A DNA stretch of 64,000 bases from the human T2T-CHM13v2.0 reference genome, Homo sapiens. A program made the position numbers and the translations under genes. Positions 1 to 13,182 of the stretch are shown here, one piece after another. The stretch lies in assembly GCF_009914755.1 (NCBI RefSeq), contig NC_060930.1. One strand, written 5' to 3'. The notes beneath the pieces were generated by a model, which had not been told where the DNA came from, made no database searches, and saw nothing but the letters and a program-made list of their open reading frames with translations. The stretch's first letter is position 1, and every line of letters starts with the position of its first letter.

Positions 1-1831
1 AGTATGTTAACAAAACTGAAAAATTACAATTCCCAATGTGTATTTCAGATAACAATCCAAATTAAGAAAATGCTTCACACATGGACATATCTTCTTGACC
101 ATAATTTCACAGGCTGGGTAACTAAATTTGATGACAAGAGTCTGAAATTTTGAGAGTATATTCAGTGTGGCAACACTATCTTTATCTCCCATTATATTTA
201 GTCAAATTACTAGGCAGTGTACCCCAAGGTGCCAATTAGGGGTAAAACATCCTGTAGAGGGAAAGGAGAAGATCCTAGGAGTAGCAGGTTGTGGCAGGAA
301 ATGAATATGCAATGTTAAAATATCATTTTCCATTTGAAAAATGGAAAAAACTCCATAGTATCTCTAACAGAAACTATGAAAAATATAGCTCCAGAGTATT
401 TTTTTCTTCCAGATGGAGGTTGCGATTTTTCAGTAGTTAGTGGTGTGTGTGTTTGTAGGAGTGTGCTTAGGAAGGTTTGTGAGCTTCTAGAGGTGGCATG
501 TATGAGATTTTTACATTTACCAAAATGGAATATTAGTTTTTGTTATCCCAGAACTTAAAGTAAAAAAAAAAAAAAGAAAAAAAGATTAAAGAAAAGTTTT
601 GATAAATACTGATATCCAGGATATAATAGTTTTGCAATGATTAACCATAGGATAATGATGATCATTATTCTATTGGCCATTAAATTCATTTAAAATTATG
701 TGGGAGTCCAAATCTCAATAGACCAAGTGGGGTAAGGACCCAAGGAAGTGCAGCTGAATCTCAGTCTCTTTGCCTAGAATATAGCTGTGTGTGTATGAGC
801 TCTTGGAAAATTGTGAAACAGATATAAAAGGATTTTAAAAGTTCTAGTTCCCTTGGCTTCCCTCATGATCTATTCCAACTGTCACTTCTGACACCTGGCT
901 GCTGATGCTTCCCTCTGAGGGCCAGTAAGTGAGTTTGGATACATTCTCCCAGGGCCTTTCAATTCTCTCTACTTGAATCCTAATAGGTACTTTAAAGAAA
1001 ATGACTTTGGAGGTTATACTTCTCAAACTGGAATCGTACATCATCTTCGCTATCTACAGTCTCGAAACAAATCCTGTAGCTGTGCCCCCCACCGCAGCCT
1101 CCAGTAGTAAAGAATTTCAAACATTAAATTTGATATTGTGAATATCTTCTTAAAATATCCATAGGATTTATTGTGGATAACTCTAAACATATTGTTTAAT
1201 GAAGAAGCATGTTTACTGCTACAAATCAAACCTTACAAGATGGTTAAAGAGCTTTCTGTGAACAATTCTGAGAATCAGAGACTTAAGATGTTATCTTTTC
1301 TGTATTCTGAAATAAAGATGTCCTGAAAAGCCATTGAAATCCAAATGAATGAATAATTTGTAATGGTAATTGTGTGTGGTGGTGTGTGTGTGTGTGTTTT
1401 ACATAAGCAGAAGTAGGAATATTTGAGCAGAAAGGGCCAAAATCACAATCCATCTTCCATTTGCAATCTCACCAGCACCCTAAAGCATCTATACTCCTAG
1501 AGTATGAAATTAGCAAGATGTGATGATACCAATTCTAGAGAAATACATATTACACATGCTCACAGAGTAACCCTAAGCTGAGGGAAGGCCAATTGAAAGA
1601 AAAGACATTATTCTGTTAATGAGGAATGAGAGCTTCAGTTTTTATACCTGAAAGTGAGAAGTTGTTCTCCTCTGAGAAGTTGAAAGTGTCTCAACCTTAA
1701 AAAACATTTCCAAACGTTTATCCCCTCCCTTTTATTGAGATATGTTTTCATTCTGGTTTAAGATATGAGAATTATTAAAAAATAAATTGCAGATAGAATT
1801 ATTGCCATTAAACTCTAAACAGTCTACTTAC

Positions 1832-1929
1832 GCAGGACAATATTGGCAAACATAGTAGTATTTTAGACTATCTTGATTGGGACAGTAGGCAATTCCACAG
1901 CCTACCTGGTAAGTCGAGTACCAAACAAG
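1832..1929 (-). CDS. CRISP2: CRISP2 coding exon 5 ([33 protein letters not shown]); gene continues beyond window start
   Basis: TTTGCAG acceptor at 1930-1931, GTAAGT donor at 1830-1831; 98 nt, same size as CRISP3 exon 6; CAP/CRISP signature [10 protein letters not shown]. Confidence 0.96.
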
Positions 1930-2333
1930 CTGCAAATTAACAATGGAATAAATATATAAAAGTACATTAGAGAAGATGAAAAATATTTAAAAAAGTAGCA
2001 AATATAAATCTGAAAAATGTTAGTTTTATAGACATATACCATAAAAATATTTAAATTATTGAACCAAAGTCATAAACTTTAAAAATATTTAATTTTCATG
2101 TACATTCATCACTTTAAAATTTATAATGTAGGAACAATACAGAGTCTGCTTTCCTACTAAGAGTTTGGCTGACCATGGACAAAAATGACAGCTCTACAAC
2201 AGCCAAATGCCAAGACTGTATTCTACCCACTCGGACTGTTCTCCTAAATTGAACATTACAGTGGTCATAATTTGGAGAAGCTTTCCTCTATTAGAACATC
2301 TGTGACATAGGTATTTTCATGCATTCTTCTTAC

Positions 2334-2479
2334 CTGAGTATAATGTCCAACAACTGCATTGGGACTCTTTGGTCCTACACCATAGACAAAATCTAGGATC
2401 TCGTCATACCAGCTTTGGATTGCAGAAGACCAGGAAGTAGGGTCACTTGACATATAGAGATTCTCACCACATCTTGTAC
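2334..2479 (-). CDS. CRISP2: CRISP2 coding exon 4 ([49 protein letters not shown])
   Basis: ORF 2265..2495; AG at 2480-2481, CAG|GTAAGA donor at 2332-2333; 146 nt; CAP motifs GENLY and GHYTQ. Confidence 0.97.
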
Positions 2480-3775
2480 CTAAGGGGCAGATCATTCATG
2501 AGCAAGGTAATAAACATGCAATGGTAAAAGAAATTGACTACACAAACACAAAGATGTTGCCTTTCAAACCCAGGGTCCAGCAGATGCTAACTGTTGATTA
2601 ATACATAAAGGAGTGCCTCAGTTCCTTATCAGCTATAAAACTGATTAGAACACTTAACTGCCTGACACACTGAGGTTGGCCTGACCACATAAAACTTTGA
2701 GTAGGTTAACACTCTGCTCCTTAAAAATGCCCTTGCATGCTAAATTTTCCACATGTGTATGCCTTGAGTGTTCCCAGCTGTATATGGTAAGCTTGCTAAA
2801 GGCAGTGACCAACTCTTATATTCTGTTTTCTGCTCTAGTAACCCTCAACAGAGATTTTTCAAATATAGGACCCCAAATAAATGTATAAGACTTTGTGTGA
2901 AATCTGAAAAAAAGACTTTATAGGCTGTCTTTAAGAGTCCCAATCAAGAGAAAACTGACACCAGGAAGGATAACAGTTTTCAAAATTTATGGGTTTTCTC
3001 TTAACCAGGAAATCAGATATCACAAGCTGAAATCCTTGTGAGTTTGTCAAGAAGTGCCTTACAGCCCAGAAACACTTCATAAATTATTTGGGCATTTACT
3101 AGTTTTTATAATCCTTGATATGTCTTTTTAAAACTCGAATATAGTATTCTGTGCATTGTAGGTATCCAGTCCACACAAAATACTTGCTAGTCTGATATTA
3201 AAAATTAATATATTAATATATTCAAAAATATTCATTTTTATAGAAATTTTGAATACGATAAATTTAAATCCACTTTATCCACTTTTATCCACTTTAGAGC
3301 AAAACTTAGGAATAATTCATCATAAGTTCAATATATTTTATGGATACAAAAAATAGATTTCAAAACATCAGACAGCTACATAAATTAACAAAAAGGGCAG
3401 TGGGTTAGAAATCAGAAAGCTTGGTTAAAAATTTCTAGTATGACACTGTTTCAGATTATGTTCTTGGGTAAGTCACTTTTCTTTCAAATTCTGGCTTTCT
3501 AATCTTTAAACTTACAAAAAGAAAGATGATATAAAATCTGCTGTACTCATGAGCTGGTTGCAAGAAGCAAAATTATTTGCATAATGTACACAATAAAAAA
3601 ACACAAAATTGTTCTTATTGTAAATACCCCTCTGTATACAGATACTTTGACTTCAAAAAGACAGCAGTATAAGTAACATTTATTTTCAAAGTCTTCTTAT
3701 TATAGAGCATCCTACAATGCTCTATTATTATTTTATTCATTTATTTATTCAACAAATATTTACTAATTTACATAC

Positions 3776-3863
3776 TGGTTTTGCGGTCCTCTGGATCACT
3801 ATGTTGTAAAGTGCACTTGTTTGCCCACCTTTGGGCATTCGTTGTTACCTCTCTGCTCCATTC
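3776..3863 (-). CDS. CRISP2: CRISP2 coding exon 3 ([30 protein letters not shown])
   Basis: TTTAG acceptor 3864-3865, GTATGT donor 3774-3775; 88 nt, phases fit the neighbouring exons. Confidence 0.96.
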
Positions 3864-4639
3864 CTAAACGTCACAAGAAAACAAAATACACTTAATGATT
3901 CAGCCACAATGAAACATACACTTTATAATCTGATTTGTAAATACTTTAAAATTTCTGTAGATGTATTCTCTAATACTACTGTTATTAAAATGTTTTTAAG
4001 TGTTTTTATCTCTTCTGGTGCCAGTTTACACATGATGGGTAGTCCATAGGTAATATATCTAAAAAGCAAAATAAGACAATAATATGTGATTATTTATGAT
4101 AGCAAAGCAGCCATACCTAGGATATTTATTAATGATGCTAGTCTAAATATTGATAAGCATGTGAAATATTCTAATTATATTTTAATAGTAATAAGATGGC
4201 CAACGTTATTTCCAATTCCATTTGTTTTCATATGTAAGCCATTGCTTTCATATCGGAGATACCAGTCTTTCAGGGACTGTGCCCTGGGAAGTGGGCTTTT
4301 ACTCACAACAGCTGACACATATCCTGAAGGAAGGGGGATTTCTTGATTGTAAACCAGAAAAGAGAATTAACAAAAAGTGTAATGGCTTAACACTGAATGC
4401 CTGAATATTTGACTTCCAATTATGCCTTCCAAATTTAAAAACTCTGTATAATTGAGTTTTTTTAACCAGCTTTAAAACAAAAACAAGAATACAATCCTCT
4501 CCATATAATGGTTCAAATAAAATAACAAAACAGAGACACAACTTTGTAAACCACAAAGTTCTTAAGAGATGCCAGTGGCCAGCCGTCGGCTCCTTCCACA
4601 GCTGATTCACACCCATCTCCTTACAGCACTGCCTCTTAC

Positions 4640-4756
4640 CATCTTTAGCATGTTACTGGCAGGTGGAGAGACTGCTTTCCTTAGTTCATTGTGTTTATTT
4701 ACAATCTCCCTTTGCACTTGCAACTGGGTGGTTAACAAAGCAGTAAAAGCGGGATC
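4640..4756 (-). CDS. CRISP2: CRISP2 coding exon 2 ([39 protein letters not shown])
   Basis: Acceptor 4757-4758, GTAAGA donor 4638-4639; 117 nt; CAP motif HNELR. Confidence 0.97.
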
Positions 4757-5108
4757 CTAAAAGAAAATAAAATTGGAATTATTATTTAACAATATTGTAA
4801 ATTTCATATAATAGTGAATAAGTTAATTCAAGAGAACAAAGGTCACTTTAAAAAGTGCAAAATAGTTATCATGTACATATATTAAATACTAAAGTTATTT
4901 AAATAATAAAAGCCAATATTAGTTGTTAAGCATTGCCACTAAATCTGAGTTGAAGATATAACTTTTAAATAGTAAAGTAGTAGACTGAAACATTTAAATA
5001 GGAAAGTAGTAGATTAAAGCTTTGGGAATTGTGAGTAACTCATGGCATGACAAACTAAAAACCCCTCTGAGGCCACAAATGCCGATTTCTGGTTTCAAGG
5101 GAACTTTT

Positions 5109-5457
5109 CAAAAAATAATTTTGGGGGAACAGGTGGTAAATTGTTGCATGAATAAGTTCTTTACTGGTGATTCCTGAGATTTTGGTGCACCCATCACCCC
5201 AGCAGTGTACACTGCATCCAATGTGTAGTCTTTTATCCCACGCCACCCTCCCACATTTTCTCCCAAGTCCCCAAAGTCAATTGTATCATTCTTATGCCTG
5301 TGCATCCTCATAGCTTAGCTCCCACTTATTAGTGAGGACATATGATGTTTGGTTTTTCCATTTCTGAGTTACGTCACTTGGAATAATGGTCTCCAACTCC
5401 ATCCAGGTTGCTGCAAATGCCATTATTTCATTTCTTTTTATGGCTGAGCAGTATTAC

Positions 5458-5512
<55 letters not shown>

Positions 5513-6132
5513 GTATATATATATGGCTTTTATGGCTGAGTATTACGTGTGTGTGTATATATATACACACACACACGGTATATGTATACATTATATATGT
5601 ATACATTATATATGTATACATTATATATGTATACATTATATATGTATACATTATATATGTATACATTATATATGTATACATTATATATGTATACATTATA
5701 TATGTATACATTATATATGTATACATTATATATGTATACATTATATATACATATATAATGTATATATAATGTATATATACACGGTATATATATAATGTAT
5801 ACATTATATATGTATGCATTATATATGTATGTATGTACACATTATATATGTATACATATATAATGTATACATTAATAATAATATATATTATATAATATAT
5901 ATTATTATATATTATGTATTATATATTATATATTATTATATATTATGTATTATATATTATATTATATATAATATATTAATATATATAATATAATATATTA
6001 TATTATACATATTAATGTATACATTATATATGTATACATATATAAGTTTATATTATATATGCATACATTAATATAATGTAATATATATTATATATATTAT
6101 ATATGTATACTTATATATGTATACATTATATA

Positions 6133-6171
<39 letters not shown>

Positions 6172-9100
6172 CATTTTCTTTATCCACTCATTGATTAATG
6201 GGCACTCGGGCTGGTTCTATATTTTTGCAATTGTGAATTGTACTGCTATAAACATGCGTGTGCAAGTGTCTTTTTTTCATATAATGACTTCTTTTCCTCT
6301 GAGTAGATACTCAGTAGTGAAATTGCTGGATCAAATGGTAGATTTACATTTAGTTCTTTAAGGAATTTCTATACTGTTTTCCATAGTGCTTGTAATAGCT
6401 TACATTCCCACCAGCAGTACAAAAGTGTTCCCTTTTCCACATCCACACCGGTATCTATTATTTTTTTAATTAAATTATGGCCTTTCTTTCAGGAATAAAG
6501 TGTTAGCCTCATTGTGGTTTCGATTTGCATTTCCCTGATAATTAATAATGTTGAGCAGCTTTTCGTATGTTGGTCAGCCATTTTTCTATTTTATTTTGAG
6601 AATTGTCTACTCATGCCCTTAGCCCACTTTTTGATGGGATTTTTTTCTTCTGATTTGTTTTAGTTCCTTGTAGATTCTGGATATTAGTCCTTAGTTGGAT
6701 AACTAGTTTGCGAAGATTTTCTCCCATTCTGTGGGTTTTATGTTTACTCTGCTGATTATTTGTTTTGCTGTGAGGAAGCTTTTTAGTTTAATGAAGTCCC
6801 ATTTTTTATCTTTCTTTTTGTTGCATTTGCTTTTGGGTTCTTGGTCATAAGACATTTGCCTTGGTCTTAGACATTTGCCTTAAGCCAATGTCTAAAAGAG
6901 TTTTTCTGATGTTATCTTCTAGAGTTTACATGGTTTGGTCTTAGATTTAAGTATTTGATCCATCTTGAGTTGATTTTTGTATAAGGTGAGAGATAAAGAT
7001 TCAGTTTCATTCTTCTACGTGGATCTTGCCAACTATCCCACCACCATTTGTTGAATAAGGTGTCCTTTTCCCACTTTATGTTTTTGTTTGCTTTGTTGAA
7101 GGTCAGTTGGCTGTAAGTATTTGGCCTTATTTCTGAGTTCTCTATTCTGTTCCATTGGTCTATGTGCCTATTTTTTACCAGTACCATGCTGTTTTGGTGA
7201 CTATAGCCATGTAGTATAGTTTAAAGTGGGGTTATGCGATGCTTCCAGACTTGTTCTTTTTGTTTTGTTTTGCTTTGGCTATGCAGGCTTTTTTTTTGGC
7301 TCCATATCAATTTTAGAATTGTATTTTCTAGTTCTTTGAAAAATGATGATGGTATTTTGATGGGAATTGCATTAAATTTGTAGATTGCTTTTGGCAGTAT
7401 GGTCATTCTTACAATGTTGATTTTATCCATCCATAAGCATGGGATGTGTTTCCATTTGTTTGTGTCATTTATAATTTCTTTCAGCAGTGTTCTGCAGTTT
7501 TCTTGTAGAGGTCTTTCACCTCCTTGGTTAGGTATACTCCAAAGTATTTTATTGTTTTTTCAGCTGTTGTAAAAGGTACTGAGTTCTTGATTTAATTCTC
7601 ATCTTGGTTGCTGTTGGTGTATAGCAGTACTACTGATTTGTGTACATTGATGGCTAAAGATAGGACTACAATCTGTTCTGGCTTACAGGATTTCTGCAGA
7701 TAAATCTGTGGTTAATCTGATAGGTTTTCCTTTATAGGTTACCTGATGCTTTTGCCTCACAGCTCGTAATATTCTTTTCTTGATCTTGACTTCAGATAAC
7801 CTGATGACTATGTACCCAGGTCATGATCTTTTTGTGATTAATTTCCCAGGTGTTCTTTGAGCTTCTTTTATTTGAATGTGTAGGTCTCTAGAGAGGCCAG
7901 GAAAGTTTTCCTCAATTATTCCCTCAAATAAGTTTTCCAAACTTTTAGATGTCTCTTCTTCCCCAGGAACATCAATTATTCTTAGCTTTGGTGATTTAAT
8001 GTAATCCCAAACTTCTTGGAGGCTTTGTTCATTTTCTTTTTATCATTTTTTTGTCTTTGTTAGAATGGGTTAATTCAAAAGCCATATCTTCAAGCTCTGA
8101 AGTTCTTTCTTCTACTTGTTACATTTTATTGTTGAAACTTTCCAGTATTTTTTGCATTTCTCTAAGTGTGTCTCATTTCCAGGAGTTGTGATTGTTTTTT
8201 TATTTGTGATATTTATTTTTCTGGAAATTTTTTCATTCATACTTGTATTACTTTTTAAATTTTTTTGAGTTGGTTTTCACCTTTCTCTGGTTCCTCCTTG
8301 AGAAGCTTAATAATTAACCTTCTGAATTCTTTTTCCAGCAATTCAGAGATTTCTTCTTGGTTTCAATCCATTTATGGTGAGCTAGTGTGATCTTTTGGGG
8401 ATGTTATAGAACGTTGTTTTGTCATATTACCAGAATTTTTTTCTGGTTCCTTCTCATCAGGTAGACTATGTCCAAGGAAGGATCTGGGGCTCAAGGGCTG
8501 CTGTTCAGGTTCTTTTGCCTTGAACCCTTGATGTGGTACTCTCCCCCTTCTCCTAGAGATGGGGCTTCCTGAGAGCCAGACTGCAGTGATTGTTATTGCT
8601 CTTCGGGGTCTAGCGACCCAGCAGAGCTACTGGGCTCCAGGCTGGTACTGGAGAATGCCTGCAAAGAGTCCTGTGATGTGATCCATCTTCAGGTATCTCA
8701 GCCATAGATACTGGCACCTGTTCCAGTGGAGGTAGCAGGGGAGTGAAGTGGACTCTGTGAGAGTCCTTGGCTGTAGTTTTGTTTAGTGCACTGGTTTTCT
8801 TGAATGTTGGTTATGCTAATAGTGAAGTTGTCATGTGGACAGTCTCAGGACCTCTGGTTAGCCAGGATGTTACAGGCAGTGGAATTAACTGCTGTTTTGT
8901 CTTTCCTTGGAGTAGAGTTGTTCTGAGTTGCTGTAACAGCTCGAGTTGGTTTCAAGACAGTGTAAGCTGTGGTAGTATGGGGGGATACAAGTTTGCCCTA
9001 AGGTCACCTGGATAAGTATTCAGGTTTTTCAGGTGATGGGTAGGGCTATAGAGCTCCCAAGAGTTTATGTCTTTTGTCTTTGGCTACCAGGTTGGGTAGA

Positions 9101-10057
9101 GAAAGACCATCATGTGTGGGCAGGATTAGGCATATCTGAACTCTGACTCTCCTTGGTGGGGGCTTACTGCAGCCACCGTGCAAGATGGGGGTGTGGTTCT
9201 CAGGCCAATGGAGTTATGTTCCAAGGGGGCTATGGCTGCCTCGGCTGCTTCATAGAGGTCACCAGGGAAGTGGTGGAAAGCCAGAAGTGACAGGCTTCAC
9301 TAAGCTCCTAGTCAGCCAGCAAGGCCAATCTCACCCCTGCTGTGCTCCCTCAATGGCCAATAGAGCTGAATTTATATCCAAGCCTCTGTTGTGCAAGTCT
9401 GAGATCTTGGTCCAGGCTACAACCCTCCCCAAGGAGAGACTAAGGAGGGCTTTCAGGCCTTTCCCCACTTCCCACCTACTGCAGCTTCTGTACTCATATC
9501 CGTACTTCCCATTCAGAATCCCAGATCTGCCCAGAAAAATTTGCACTTGGTCAAAATTATTACAAAGTTCAGCTGGAAGTCTCCTCCCTGTGGCCCTTCT
9601 CTAATTCCACTGGCTTTCCTCTTTGAGGATCTCTGTGAGATAAAGTCAGAAATGGCTTCCCTGGGCTTCTGTGGGAACTGGGAGTGCCTACAGGGCTCTT
9701 CTCACTGCTTCTTCTTCTTTTTTATTTTGCATGGCTCTCTAAATTCATTTCAGCCTTAAGTAAGGTTAAATCCTTCTCCCATGATCTGGATTTTCAGCTT
9801 CCTCAGTGAGGATGTGTGTTTAGAGGCAGATTTTCTTCCCTCACGCTTTGGGCCCTCATAGTGTTTCAGCTATCTCACAGAGTTTGTAGCGTCAAGCCAC
9901 TTCTTTCAAATGGTCTGTGAATTCTTTCAGTTTTCCTGCCATGCTCCTGCAGTGGTTCTTGGCACAAAAGTTCATGATGTGAATCTCCACATATTGTTCT
10001 GTTTATCCAAGTGGCAACTGCAAGTTAGTCCTGCCTCCTATCTGCCATTTCCCCCAG
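5109..10057 (-). mobile_element. L1PB-type LINE-1 with both ends present and an internal deletion of most of ORF2 EN/RT
   Basis: L1PB-like 3' end at 5110-5450; ORF2 remnants (ORFs 6912..7187, 7221..7430); ORF1 and 5'UTR to 10057; 13-bp TSD CAAGGGAACTTTT at 5096-5108 and 10058-10070. Confidence 0.92.
5455..6170. repeat. Compound AT-rich micro/minisatellite: (GT)n(AT)n(AC)n plus ~11 copies of the 15-mer TATGTATACATTATA (5581-5745)
   Basis: Directly visible; gives the YIMYT-type repetitive ORFs. Confidence 0.95.
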
Positions 10058-12207
10058 CAAGGGAACTTTTAATATGATTTGTATAGACATATGAATAATA
10101 ATATTTTATAACTACAAGCATACAAATTTAAAACCTTGAGATATATTCATTCACATTTGATCAGGCTGCAAGGTAGGGTAAAGCTGGAGCCCATGATTCA
10201 TCTTAAATTTTATGGGGCAGTTTTCCTTGACATGGTATCTGCCTTTAAGGAAAAATGTTTAGGCCCAGTTGAAGTGCATGTCTGCATTCAGTACTATAGT
10301 GAAACCATTATACCTATTATGTAGCAAATTTTATGGGTTGCTTAAAAGATAACTTTGTAAAACTAAAAAAAATTTAAAGCAATTTGGAGGGATCAAATCT
10401 ATCTAATGAATGGACTATTGCTGACTTTGTTCCTTTTAGTAACAGAAACATAACTGATAAGGTATTAAATTGGGTGCTAATATGTTTGGTTTATCTTTGT
10501 GGTTGTATATTTGTCTGTGTGTATGGTATGGGGCCTGCTAAGCCTGGAGGTGGAATAGGATGTGAAAATTCCTGGGTAAAGGTCCAAGCATTTGATGACC
10601 TAAATTTACACAAGAATATGATGTTATATAGGAATGGGCAAGATTTTGAAGTATAAGTCTGAAAGGAACAGGGCTCCTCATGGATTTTTTCTGACACCTT
10701 GCAATAAGTTATCCTCCTCTCCTCCCATACTGAGTTCATTTAAGTCTCTCAAAATACTTACACCATTGGTCTGAGCATCTTATTGCCATTATCTACAATA
10801 TATACATTTCTCTTTCCTGCTTTTATGTTCCTAAGAACAGGGACTGATCGTGGACGCCACTGTACCAATAAATATGGCAAAGTTACTGACTCATAAGTTA
10901 GAAAGGATGTGCATATAAAATATCAGTAAAGGCAGATTTCTAAATCACATCAAAGCATAAAATAACATCCCTGGATATTTTCTCTCGACCTAAAAAAATC
11001 TGGTTTTTGTGGTTTCATCTCAAAACACATAAAAAGTTAATTTCTAAATTATTTCCTGCTTCTTACACCTTTTTGCTTTGTAGATAAAAATTGTACTGAA
11101 AAAGAGATGTATTTTTAAATGTGTTAATAAAGTTATTACATGACTAGAAATATTAAACATATCGAGAATAAAATAAATATGGTATCTATCCTTAAAGAGT
11201 TTATATTGAATAAGTGACGTGACATAAGTAAAAATTACAATACACATGATAACAAAACTGATCTTAATGATCTACAAGATAGGGAGGAAGGAGGGATCAA
11301 TTTTTCTTTGAAGTCAGAGAAAGCTTCATAAAATGTGATTCTGGGGTTCTGAAAGATGAACAGAGTTTTCTAGGCATCTTGAAAACATCAGAAAATCATA
11401 CTGGGCAGAGTGTTTATAGAGCATCTGATTTCAAACATTTAGTGGTGCCAAAGACAAAATGACATCTCACTTTTTAATAATTTTATAAATGAAGACCAGG
11501 AGATGAGCTGAGATGTTACAGGGGATTGGAAACAGGTATGAAAGAAAATCTTTCAGGGAAAGAAATAAAAAGAACAGCAAATTATTTGAATGAGGCCCTA
11601 GATGATGAATGAATTATCTGCACATTGATAATCTAATTACAGTAATACAATGACTATATTTCTGAATGCCAAATGAAGTTTGAACTGAGTGTCAGAGTCC
11701 TCCAGTCTGAAAAGTCCTAGCGAGTCTAATGTGCACAGAGTTAATGGAAGATATGACAAGAAACAGCAATGCCAAAGCTGTTTCAGAGGCTACCTGCTCA
11801 GGAGATACACACTGCATGTGAGCACTGCACATTTTATCATTGAAGATTGCTGACCATATTATGGGGTCAATTCAACAAAGTAGCATATTAGAAATAACTC
11901 TAGGACCTGAATTCAAAATCCTCTTGGCCCTTCACATACTAACTCTATTATCACTACTAAACAAAGCACTAAGGCTTTTAGAGTTAGGGTTTTTGTTTTC
12001 TTAATTAAAAATATAAATCTAATTATTCTTATACCCTAACTATACAAATTAAATGTGTTAATATAGTGGAGAAATTGTGCTAATTTAATATTATATAAGT
12101 ATATTGTTAATTTTGTATAGGGATCTCATTAAAAAGAAATAAAATTAAGGAAATCAGAAAATAGATTGGAGCAAGAGGACTATCATCAGCTTTCTAACCC
12201 CATAGAC

Positions 12208-12945
12208 CAGTGTTTACTAGAAAAATAATTTAAACATGATATGCAATTTTAATTTTTAAGTGATATTAATTTAAATAATACATTTTATTTGTAATGAGTT
12301 AGGTGGTAGACTCCAAAAAGACATGTCCATATCCTAATGCTCAGAAACTGTGAATGTGTTCTTATTTGGAAAAAGTCTTCGCAGATGTAATTAAGTTCAG
12401 GATCTCAGGATGAGATTAGCCTTGATTATCCAGTTGCCTCTGAATATAATGACAAGTGCCTTTATGAGACATACAGAGAAGGGAAGATAATGTAAAGATG
12501 GAGGCAGAGATTGGAGTGATGCAGCCACAAGCCAAGGAATGCCAAGCAGTGGCAGAGACCACCAGAAGGTGGGGAAAGGCATGGAACAGGTCCCTCTTAG
12601 ATCCTCCAGAGGGAGCTCAGCCCAGGAGATAATTTGATTTTAGATTTCTGGCCTCCATAACTGTGAGAGAATAAGTTTTTGTTGTTATAAGCCACTTAGC
12701 TTGTGATAATTTGTTGCAACCACCCTAAGAACCTAATATATTATTTAATGGAATATCCAAAATATTATCATTTCATCATGGATGCAATATTAAAAAAATG
12801 AGATATTTCCTTCTTTCTTTGTTCTAAATGTTTGAAATCTAGTGAGTTTCTTACCATCAGAGTACATTTTGCCTGTTCAAACCTCATTTCAAGTGTTCAG
12901 TAGTCACATGTGACCGGTGGCTAGCATACACATGCAGAACACATA
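12208..12945. mobile_element. MER33-like hAT-Charlie DNA transposon split by an MLT1 LTR
   Basis: Matches recalled MER33 consensus (TATCCAAAATATTATCATTTCA...ATTTCAAGTGTTCAGTAGTCACATGTG) on both sides of the MLT1. Confidence 0.7.
12290..12740 (+). mobile_element. MLT1 (MaLR) solo LTR
   Basis: GCAGATGTAATTAAG...GGCAGAGATTGGAGTGATGCAGCCACAAGCCAAGGAATGCC...; 5-bp TSD TTATT (12285-12289 / 12741-12745). Confidence 0.85.
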
Positions 12946-13116
12946 CAGCATAACCTTGGCCTTTCATCTCAATAATTGTGTTAAGTGCTCTGAGAACTCT
13001 GAACCAGTGGAAACTCTGACATACCAAACTCTCTTACCCCCCTTTACTTTCAGAATAGCCTGCCATACCACAAAGTTGCTGGATAGCTCTGAAAAGATTT
13101 TCCATTTTAACCTTAC

Positions 13117-13182
13117 CTTTCCTTCTGCAGGTAAAGATGGAAGCAGCACAGTAACCAGAAACAACACCGGTAGTAAAGCCAT
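13117..13182 (-). CDS. CRISP2: CRISP2 first coding exon, signal peptide MALLPVLFLVTVLLPSLPAEGK
   Basis: ORF 12964..13182; GCAATGG Kozak context; AAG|GTAAGG donor at 13115-13116; likely acceptor at 13192-13193 (exon from 13191). Confidence 0.97.

Noticed and set aside
844-1044. ORF sharing IERPWE with ORF 36058..36258
   Set aside because: Paralogous intron DNA of CRISP2/CRISP3; the reading frames are not otherwise conserved and there are no convincing splice sites
4569-4760. Similar plus-strand ORFs 4569..4760 and 40302..40487
   Set aside because: Antisense shadows of the DPAFT exons
5386-5840. Repetitive Tyr/Ile/Met-rich ORFs; array superficially CRISPR-like
   Set aside because: Translation of a 15-bp minisatellite with no spacers; eukaryotic DNA
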